In this document: piece after piece, positions 55,657 through 64,000 of the stretch | How positions within the stretch are numbered: the stretch's first letter is position 1 | Layout of the letters: every line of letters starts with the position of its first letter | Source: Salpingoeca rosetta | Lineage: Eukaryota > Protista > Choanoflagellata | Assembly: GCA_033442325.1 (NCBI GenBank) | Contig: JAWQFM010000035.1 | Coordinates: 404,597-468,596 of the forward strand | Length of the DNA stretch: 64,000 bases | Direction: 5' to 3' | Notes under the pieces: model-generated | What the model saw: only the letters and a program-made list of their open reading frames with translations | Database searches by the model: none | Told to the model about the DNA's origin: nothing | Position numbers and translations under genes: made by a program

Positions 55657-57576
55657 ATGGCGAGCCGTCCTGGGCAGATGCAGAAGCAGCATGCGCACGA
55701 GGTGGAGAACAGCGCGGGCGGGTTTGTGTTCAAGGTGAGCGACATGACGCGTGCGCTGCGGTTCCTCATCCTGGGCTCGGACTCTGGCACGTACTACGCG
55801 TCCGCGCGGAAACTGACGCGCGACAACGCGCAGTGCCTGCAGCGGCTGCTGGATGGCGGGCAGGGCGCGGAGCTGGTGGACCTCGTGCGCACCGTGTCCG
55901 TGGAAGGCCGCGCCGCCAAGCAGGACCCGACCCTGTTCGCGCTTGCGCTGTGTGCAAAGCAGGGCGACACTGCGACGCGCCAGCGCGCGTTCGCCGTGCT
56001 GAGCGAGGTGTGCCGCATCCCAACGCACCTGTTCATGTTCCTGGAGTTTTGCCGCCTGTTTGTGGACGGCAAGGGCTTTGGCCGCGCGCAGCAGCGGGCG
56101 GTTGCGGCCTGGTACAACGGCAAGCCCGCGGACAAGCTGGCCCACGCCATGACCAAATACAAGCAGCGCAACAAGTGGCGCCACGGCGACGTGCTGCGCC
56201 TGGCGCACGCCAAGCCCGCGGACGCCGCGCACAACGCCCTGTACGCGTACGCGACCAAAGGCAAGGATGCCCTCGCGCAGGCGGCGCTATGGACGGAGGA
56301 CGAGACGACGCGCGAGCTGCACGCGTTCCTCACGGCGCTGCACGGCCTCGCTGCCGAGGAGGACGTGGGCAACGTGGTCGCCGCCATTGGCGAGCACGCC
56401 CTCGTCCGCGAGCACATCCCCACGCGCTTCCTGTCCTGCAAGCGGGTGTGGCTTGCCATGCTGCCGGGCATGCCGTTCACGGCGCTGGTGCGCAACCTGG
56501 CAACCATGTCCCGCATCGGGCTGTTCCCCACGCCGCCGGAGGACGAAGACGGCGAGCCAGAGCAGGCGGAGAGCAGCGTGCTGCCTTTGCAGAGGCGCCT
56601 GGCAGGCCTGCGCGTGTCCCCACGCTACAACGTGCGGCGCAACCCGCGCCGCAAGTGCGCCAAGCTGGGCAGCGTCGGTGACGATGGGCGCCGGCGCCAC
56701 GAGTCGATGGACGACGACGAGGACGAGGACGAGGAGGCGCGCACGAAGCGGGAGGAGAAGCAGAGGAAGGAGGAGGCAAGGCGAAAGCGCAGGGAGGCCG
56801 CGGAGGTGCGTGACCGCATCACCGCTGAGGATCAGCAGCGCGCCCTGGACCTGGTGTGCGAGAAGCTGGGGGACGAGGCTGCTCTGCGTCGCGCGCGCGT
56901 GCACCCGTTCAGCGTGCTGCTTGCGCTCTCCACGTATGCGCAGGGGCAGGGCTTCCGCTCGTCTGCGGGCGAGTGGACCCCACATCCGCGCGTGATTGCG
57001 TCACTGGACCGCGCGTTTGACGCCAGCTTCGCCAACGTGGCGCCCACCAACGAGCGGTACCTGCTGGCGCTGGACGTGTCCGGGTCCATGAGCGTGCCCA
57101 TCATGAACTCGCCGCTGACCGCACGTGATGCAACCGCGGCGCTTGCCTGCGTGACGCTGCGCACGGAGGAGCACGTGGACGTGGTTGCCTTCTGCCACGA
57201 GCTGACACGGCTGGACATTCCGCGCACGGCGCCACTGCAGGAGGTGGTGGAGACGATACAGCACCGCAGCTTTGGGCGCACCGACTGCGCCCTGCCCATG
57301 CTGTACGCCACGCAGCACAAGATGGACGTGGACGTGTTTGTCGTGTACACGGACAGCGAGACGTGGTACGGTGGCACGCACCCGTGCGACGCCCTCCGAC
57401 AGTACCGCGCCACGATGAACAAGCCCAACGCCAAGCTGATTGTGGTTGGCATGACGTCCACGGGTTTCACCATTGCGGATCCGCGCGACCCGAACATGCT
57501 GGACGTGGTTGGCTTTGATGCAAACGCCCCGCTCCTCATGGCTGCTTTTGCTCGCGGCGACCTGGCGGCGCGCTAA
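55657..57576 (+). CDS. RO60: Ro60 / TROVE-vWA RNA-binding protein, intronless, 639 aa, with an insertion of about 100 charged residues
   Basis: ENSAGGFVFKVSD…RFLILGSDSGTYY; VCRIPTHLF; KYKQRNKWRHGDVLRLAH; LVREHIPT; MPFTALVRNL; ARVHPFSVL; MIDAS DVSGSM; TDCALPM; DVFVVYTDSETW; FTIADPRDPNMLDVVGFD. Confidence 0.95.
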   Translation: MASRPGQMQKQHAHEVENSAGGFVFKVSDMTRALRFLILGSDSGTYYASARKLTRDNAQCLQRLLDGGQGAELVDLVRTVSVEGRAAKQDPTLFALALCAKQGDTATRQRAFAVLSEVCRIPTHLFMFLEFCRLFVDGKGFGRAQQRAVAAWYNGKPADKLAHAMTKYKQRNKWRHGDVLRLAHAKPADAAHNALYAYATKGKDALAQAALWTEDETTRELHAFLTALHGLAAEEDVGNVVAAIGEHALVREHIPTRFLSCKRVWLAMLPGMPFTALVRNLATMSRIGLFPTPPEDEDGEPEQAESSVLPLQRRLAGLRVSPRYNVRRNPRRKCAKLGSVGDDGRRRHESMDDDEDEDEEARTKREEKQRKEEARRKRREAAEVRDRITAEDQQRALDLVCEKLGDEAALRRARVHPFSVLLALSTYAQGQGFRSSAGEWTPHPRVIASLDRAFDASFANVAPTNERYLLALDVSGSMSVPIMNSPLTARDATAALACVTLRTEEHVDVVAFCHELTRLDIPRTAPLQEVVETIQHRSFGRTDCALPMLYATQHKMDVDVFVVYTDSETWYGGTHPCDALRQYRATMNKPNAKLIVVGMTSTGFTIADPRDPNMLDVVGFDANAPLLMAAFARGDLAAR

Positions 57577-57605
57577 GGGGCATGTGCTGGTGTGTTTTGG
57601 TGTGT

Positions 57606-57669
<64 letters not shown>

Positions 57670-57700
57670 GTGTGTGTGAATGTAAATTGCGTGCGTGTGA

Positions 57701-57845
<145 letters not shown>

Positions 57846-58209
57846 GGTTGTGAACATCCATGGGTGGGCATTGTAATAGCTGAACCGTCCCTCCCCTCCC
57901 CCCCCTCTCCTTGTCCCCCTCCTATATCCTTGTGCTTGCACCGTGTTGCTGGCGCTTATGTATTTCTGTGACTGGTGTGTCTTGTGCGTTGCCACGTTGC
58001 CACTTAAATTTGCATTGTCCAATGTGTGATGATGATGATAACTGTAGCCACACGATGCAATTCGACTCCAACTTAAAACAGACCCAGCGAGACAAGCAAG
58101 AAACATGCAAGAGCATAAACAACAACAATAGTGATGATGACAATCGAGACAAACGATTGAGTTCTCTGCCCCCTCCCGCCACACACACAAACACACACAC
58201 ACACACAAC

Positions 58210-59571
58210 CTATGTGCGGGATCGCAGAAGCCGTGTGTAGGTGTCCTTGAAGTCGCGCGAGACATAGTACTTGGGCCGCTCGTCCACGCGCACATGGAGA
58301 TAGCTCACACCAAGCCTGTGGTGGTGGCGACAGTGTGGGGCGAGGATGAGCCACGGTGAGTCAACCTTTGACTTCCAGTCGCCAAACACGGGATCATCGA
58401 CAGCCCTCGCTAATATCACACACACACACAGTTGCACACACAAAACCACACACAAGCACACAGTTACACACATACACACACACGCACAGTTGCACACACA
58501 CATACACACACATACACACAAGCACACGCACACACACACACACACAAGCACACGCACGCAAGCACAAGCGCACACGCACCCTGATGTCGAGAGACAGATG
58601 ACAGGCTGGCGATGGAGGCGAGCAAGGGCTTGGTCCGCAGCGACACGGAGCACATCAAGCCGCTGCTGTTGCAAGGCCGACAAGACGTTGCTCGAATCCT
58701 GGTCGCCGTCTGCCGCCACAGCGACGCGGTCTTGCAGCCCATAGTATGTGCCAATGTGCGCATACGCGCGAGTATCCACCCCTTGCAGCGGAACAGGCAC
58801 AGTGAGCTCTGCGTCGCCGCCCAGGTTGCTGAAGTGCACCACGCGCGGCTGCGGCTGGCCGTCCGTGCCGCCAAAGTGTTCGCTGAAGGCGTCCACGTCT
58901 GTGCTGATGGCGTCCAGCGCAGGCGCGGGCACGAGCCGCATCCGAAATGTGTCGTCGAGTGTGTGCAAGGTCATTGGCTCGCACTCCCAGAAGAACCCGG
59001 CGCCAGTGCGGCCATTGTCGTCCACCCCGTGCTGCAGCACATCCACAAACAGCCGTCGCAGGGCGTCCGATTCCGTCTGACTGGACAACAACCCCAGCAC
59101 CCGCCTTGCTGTTAACCTCTCCCTGTGGCCCTGCGGGTGTTGCTGTTGGTGCGTGTGCTGCTGTTGCTGTTTCTGTTGTTTTTGCTGTTTATGTTGCTGT
59201 TTATGTTGCTGTTGCTGTTGCTGTTGCTGTTGCACATGCTGCTGCACATGTTGTGCACTTTTCCTCGTGTCGTCCCCCTCCTTCTTCCCCACATGGAGTT
59301 CTTCCTCCTTCTCAACTACACTTGCCACGGTCAAGATGCCATTGCGGTGCTTCTCGATGAGAAACCTCGTGTGTTGTGTGCCCTCTTGCCGTGTGGCGCT
59401 CCTCGCCAGCTCCCCATCCGCCGCCATCGCCTCCCCCGTCACCCCCGCCATCGCGCCAGTCATTGTCTCTGTCATCGTCTCAGAGGTGTCCTTCCACCAC
59501 ACCACACAACAAGTGCCAACGACAACAAACAGCACAGTCAGCACGGCGATGGTGATTGTCGGGTGCGACAT
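58210..59571 (-). CDS. Uncharacterised protein with an N-terminal signal anchor, Q-rich linker and a conserved domain resembling a mostly bacterial family (recalled as DUF6940-like); one intron 58316-58579
   Basis: Hydrophobic [21 protein letters not shown]; motifs [32 protein letters not shown] and LSTSG|[17 protein letters not shown]. The 264-nt GT-AG intron is frame-preserving, which explains the read-through ORF. Confidence 0.75.
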   Translation of the reverse strand: MSHPTITIAVLTVLFVVVGTCCVVWWKDTSETMTETMTGAMAGVTGEAMAADGELARSATRQEGTQHTRFLIEKHRNGILTVASVVEKEEELHVGKKEGDDTRKSAQHVQQHVQQQQQQQQQHKQQHKQQKQQKQQQQHTHQQQHPQGHRERLTARRVLGLLSSQTESDALRRLFVDVLQHGVDDNGRTGAGFFWECEPMTLHTLDDTFRMRLVPAPALDAISTDVDAFSEHFGGTDGQPQPRVVHFSNLGGDAELTVPVPLQGVDTRAYAHIGTYYGLQDRVAVAADGDQDSSNVLSALQQQRLDVLRVAADQALARLHRQPVICLSTSGCVCACACVRVLVCVCVCVCLCVCVCMCVCNCACVCMCVTVCLCVVLCVQLCVCVILARAVDDPVFGDWKSKVDSPWLILAPHCRHHHRLGVSYLHVRVDERPKYYVSRDFKDTYTRLLRSRT

Positions 59572-59983
59572 GATGATTATGAGCTCAATCCTGATTTCAG
59601 GTACACATTCTGGCGCACGTCAAAGTTGATCGGCGGGAATAGCACCGTAAATCGTCCGCCAACATTCCGCAAAACCCACGTGCATGCGCGTCAGCGAAAA
59701 CCAACAGAAATCGTCAACGAATGATCGTCAACACAAAAGCCGTGCGCAATCACTGCACACCCACCCACAGCAGCAGACAAAAAAATTTGCCAGCCACGCG
59801 CGCAACCGCTTGCTCTCACCTTTCTTTCTTGCTTGCTTTCTTGCTCTCTCTCTCTCTTGTGTGCGCGTGTGTCTCTTGATTCTGCCTTTTTCCCTTTGGT
59901 CGCATCCGCGTGCACATCACCCTTCATCCACCTGCCGGTCACCCACCCTCCCTTTTCACCCCTCCCACGAGACAACCGCCACC

Positions 59984-62900
59984 ATGGTAAGTGCACCTGC
60001 CTGTGCCTGTGCCTCTGTGCGTGCACACGAGAGCGTGCTTGGGTTTGTGTGGGTGTGTGCAAGCGAGTGCATCCACAAGCATCCCGCTCTTCTTTATGGG
60101 AGGGCGATCTCAAAGACATGTGCATGCACACATGCATATGTGCACATGTGCACATGTGCACATATGCGTTTTCCTCGCGTCGACGATTCTACTGCCACCT
60201 TCGGCGGACTTGTGTGCATGCTCGTTTTCCTCCTCTTCCCTTGCCACCAATGTTGATCCTCTCCTCCACGATTGCACACTCTTCCCTCGTTGTTTTTTTC
60301 GCCTTTGCGTCTGCCAACTTGTCTTCATCTGCGATCGCTTTTATGCGCACGCACGTGGTCCACCACCACCCAATATGGCATCTGAAAACCGATTTCCTTT
60401 TCGTCCCCCTCTTTTCTCTCACCATCCTTCTCTTCTTGACCGTTCCCCTTCTTCGCTCCAACGCACACACAAACATGCATCAATGGCTGAATCCATCCAC
60501 CACACCACCCACTCACTCACACACACACTCACACACGCTCGACCCCTACCCCTGCCCCCTTTCTCTTTCCAAACTCAGGTGCATTTCACAGTGAGCCAGA
60601 TCCGTGAGATCATGGACAAGCGTCACAACATCCGTAACATGTCTGTGATTGCCCACGTCGATCACGGCAAGTCCACCCTCACGGACTCGCTCGTGTCCAA
60701 GGCCGGTATCATCGCCGGTGCCAAGGCCGGTGAGACCCGCTTCACGGATACCCGTGCCGATGAGCAGGAGCGCTGCATCACCATCAAGTCCACCGCCATC
60801 TCCCTGTACTACGAGCTTGACGAGAAGGACATGGTCTTCGTCAAGCAGGAGAGCCAGGGCAACGCCTTCCTCATCAACCTCATCGACTCCCCCGGGCACG
60901 TCGATTTCTCGTCCGAGGTGACGGCCGCCCTCCGCGTCACCGATGGCGCCCTCGTCGTCGTTGACTGCGTCTCCGGCGTGTGCGTGCAGACCGAGACTGT
61001 GCTTCGCCAGGCCATTGCCGAGCGCATCAAGCCCATCCTCTTCATGAACAAGATGGACCGCGCTCTCCTCGAGCTCCAGCTGGAGAAGGAGGACCTCTAC
61101 CAGACGTTCCAGCGCATCGTCGAGAGCGTCAACGTCATCATCGCCACCTACGGTGACGACGACGGTCCCATGGGCCCCATCCAGGTCGACGTCGCCAAGG
61201 GCACCGTCGGCTTTGGCTCCGGCCTCCACGGCTGGGCCTTCACCCTCAAGCAGTTTGCCGAGATGTACTCTGCCAAGTTTGGCATTGACATTGAGAAGAT
61301 GATGTCCCGCCTCTGGGGCAACCAGTTCTTCAACGCCAAGACCAAGAAGTGGCGCAAGTCCGAGGGCGACGGCTTCCAGCGTGGCTTCAACATGTTCGTG
61401 CTCGACCCCATCTACAAGCTCTTCGACGCCGTCATGAACTTCAAGAAGGACATGACCGCCAAGCTCATCGAGAAGCTCGACATCAAGCTCCAGGGTGACG
61501 AGAAGAGCCTCGAGGGCAAGCCCCTCATGAAGGTCATGATGCGCCGCTGGCTCCCCGCCGGTGAGGCTCTCCTGCAGATGATTGCCATCCACCTTCCCTC
61601 CCCCGTCACCGCCCAGGCCTACCGTATGGAGATGCTCTACGAAGGCCCCCACGACGACGAGGCCGCCCTTGGCATCAAGAACTGCGACCCCGAGGCCCCT
61701 CTGATGATGTACATCTCCAAGATGGTCCCCACCTCCGACAAGGGCCGCTTCTACGCCTTCGGCCGTGTCTACTCTGGCAAGGTCGCCACCGGCCTCAAGT
61801 GCCGCATCATGGGGCCCAACTACGTGCCCGGCAAGAAGGACGATCTCTTCATCAAGAACATCCAGCGCACCATCCTCATGATGGGCCGCTACATTGAGCC
61901 CATTGAGGACGTCCCCGCCGGTAACATTGTCGGTCTCGTCGGCGTCGACCAGTTCCTCGTCAAGACCGGTACCATCACCACCTCCGATGCCGCCCACAAC
62001 ATGAAGGTCATGAAGTTCTCCGTCTCCCCCGTCGTCCGCGTCGCCGTCGAGGCCAAGAACCCCTCGGACCTCCCCAAGCTCGTCGAGGGTCTCAAGCGCC
62101 TTGCCAAGTCCGACCCCATGGTCCAGTGCATCATCGAGGAGTCTGGCGAGCACATTGTTGCCGGTGCCGGTGAGCTCCATCTCGAGATTTGCCTCAAGGA
62201 TCTCGAGGAGGACCACGCCCAGATCCCCATCAAGAAGTCCGAGCCCGTCGTGTCCTACCGCGAGACCGTCTCCGAGATGTCCAACATCATGTGCCTCTCC
62301 AAGTCCCCCAACAAGCACAACCGTCTCTTCATGAAGGCCGAGCCTCTCGCCGAGGGTCTCGCTGAGGCCATTGAGGACGAGAAGGTCACCTCCAGGCAGG
62401 ACCCTAAGGAGCGCGCCCGCTACCTCGCCGACAACTTTGAGTGGGACCTCACCGATGCCCGTAAGATCTGGTGCTTCGGCCCTGAGGGCACTGGCCCCAA
62501 CGTCGTCGTCGATGTCTCCAAGGGTGTCCAGGTGAGCGCGACTGTGCTATTATTGTTGGATTTTTTTTTTCGTCAATGCTGTTGTTTGTCTTGCGGCCAG
62601 GCCTTCGACTTCACAGTGGTTTCCCTCTCCTCCTGATGATGCACATCATTGATTTACATCTGACGTGCGCCTTGTATGGCGTATGGTGATGCTTTATTCA
62701 ATGTTAAACACTCTAATTTTTTGCTGAGGGGTTGTTGTTATCCGCCATGTTCCTCCACCTCTTGTTGTTCGGCACTCACACGCGGCATCATCATCCCGCT
62801 CATTTGCACTGCAATTTCACTCACTCAAAACCCCATCTCCTTTCTCCCGCTCCCTCTCATTCACACAGTACCTGAACGAGATCAAGGACAGCGTCGTCGC

Positions 62901-63435
62901 TGGTTTCCAGTGGGCCACCAAGGAGGGTGTGCTCGCCGACGAGAACATGCGCGGCATCCGCTTCAACATCTACGATGTCACCCTGCACACCGATGCCATC
63001 CACCGCGGTGGCGGCCAGATCATCCCCACCGCCCGCCGCTGCATGTACGCGTGCTGCCTCACCGCCTCTCCCCGCCTCATGGAGCCCGTCTTCCTTGTCG
63101 AGATTCAGTGCCCAGAGAACGCCATTGGTGGCATCTACGGTGTCCTCACCCGCCGTCGTGGTCACGTCTTCGAGGAGAACCGCGTTGCCGGTACCCCCAT
63201 GTACAACGTCAAGGCTTACCTGCCCGTCATGGAGTCCTTTGGCTTCGACTCTGCCCTCCGCGCCGGTACCGGTGGCCAGGCCTTCCCCCAGTGCGTCTTC
63301 GATCACTGGCAGGTGCTCACCGCCGATCCTCTCGACCCATCCTCCATTGCCGGTCAGATTGTCAACAAGTCCCGTACCCGCAAGGGTCTCTCCCCCGAGC
63401 CCTTCCCTCTGGACAAGTACTACGACAAGCTCTAA
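59984..63435 (+). CDS. EEF2: Eukaryotic elongation factor 2; exons 59984-59986, 60579-62531, 62869-63435
   Basis: M|[38 protein letters not shown]; [12 protein letters not shown]; NKMD; diphthamide loop [18 protein letters not shown] (His codon at 63001). Strong C-ending codon bias typical of a highly expressed gene. Confidence 0.98.
62628..62732 (+). ncRNA. Intron-encoded box C/D snoRNA with an 18S rRNA guide
   Basis: Box C TGATGA 62634-62639; D' CTGA 62660-62663; internal hairpin gtgcgcc/ggcgtat; C'-like GTGATGC 62686-62692; box D CTGA 62724-62727; short terminal CC/GG stem. Guide AAACACTCTAATTTTTT (62706-62722) is complementary to the conserved 18S segment AAAAAAUUAGAGUGUUY. Confidence 0.82.
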
Positions 63436-63792
63436 GCTCCCCCGTGCTGTTTTGTTTGTGGATAGTCTTGGTCCTTTCGGGTGTCGTGTTGTGCATCCAT
63501 GTTGGTGTCGTCTTCCCCTTCTTTACGTTGCGCTCCTACTATACTCTGCCCTTTCTTCCTTCTTCTCCACGCTGTTCTGTCTGTGTTTTGTGTTGCTCTA
63601 TGCGACTCTTTACGACCAAACCAGCAATGTTCGGTCGGTGACGTGTCTTGTGCGTGTGCGTCATTTGCGTCATTTGTGCTGCCGCTGTGCTCGTTCTCTG
63701 CTGTCTTCGTCGCTCTCCATGCTCTCTCGTTTGGTATGTGAAGGAAGTCATCTCAGGCGACCAGCTCACCACTGATGATGTTTTAAAGGCTT

Positions 63793-64000
63793 TCACGCCT
63801 TGTCAAGTACACGGGCAGCCCTCGGCAAATCCTCCGCAATTGAGAATGTGGAAGACACAGTGCGAAGAGAGAGAGAGAGCAGAGGCACGGCGCTTGCGTG
63901 TTGTGTGTGTGTGTGTGTGTGCGCGCGCTCTGAAGGTGCTGTACCGATGTGACATGAGGATTTCAAAAGTGTACTCAAGAGTTTGTGCACACAGGACAGC
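63793..64000 (-). CDS. Possible 3' end of a minus-strand gene entering from the right edge
   Basis: Open minus frame AVLCAQTLEYTFEILMSH followed by a GT donor, a CA tract and a short terminal …DLPRAARVLDKA*. No homology recognised. Confidence 0.3.
   Translation of the reverse strand, partial: LSCVHKLLSTLLKSSCHIGTAPSERAHTHTHTQHASAVPLLSLSLRTVSSTFSIAEDLPRAARVLDKA

Noticed and set aside
60546-62318. 590-aa antisense ORF opposite EEF2, and similar ones opposite Ro60 and the LRR gene
   Set aside because: This is the expected result of strong C/G-ending codon bias removing antisense stop codons, and there are no independent features.
63772-63800. CTGATGA downstream of EEF2 as a snoRNA box C or hammerhead core
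   Set aside because: There is no suitably placed D box, GAAA partner, terminal stem or recognisable guide.

Overview
Intron-rich, GC-rich eukaryotic genomic DNA, most likely a choanoflagellate such as Salpingoeca rosetta. That assignment is my inference from the animal-like gene set, the dense gene packing and the (TG)n/(CA)n-filled introns. I can support 16 complete protein-coding genes plus possible partial genes at both edges: an FHA-forkhead factor (FOXK/Fkh-like), a stand-alone NRPS-like adenylation-thiolation-ankyrin enzyme, an orphan helical-repeat protein, an F-box/LRR-like protein, a monoglyceride-lipase-like hydrolase, VPS36, a mitochondrial carrier (OAC1/SLC25A34-35-like), AIDA, RNPS1, a PHD-TFIIS-SPOC protein (DIDO1/PHF3/Bye1-like), ARMC1, an RA-FHA-EF-hand protein, an ADCK1/Mcp2-like ABC1 kinase, an intronless Ro60 (TROVE-vWA), a membrane-anchored protein resembling an uncharacterised mostly bacterial family, and EEF2. 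Non-coding highlights are: (1) a box C/D snoRNA in EEF2 intron 2 with a 17-19 nt guide to a conserved 18S rRNA segment, pointing at an adenosine I do not recall as methylated in yeast or human; (2) a strong strand-polarised microsatellite pattern, with (CA)n before exon starts and (TG)n after exon ends; (3) perfect Maf-recognition-element palindromes in promoter regions; (4) an 11 x 44-bp intronic minisatellite. Most short ORFs in the track are microsatellite artefacts. Exon boundaries were inferred by eye from GT/AG signals and remembered homology, and there is an assembly gap at 38381-38563.
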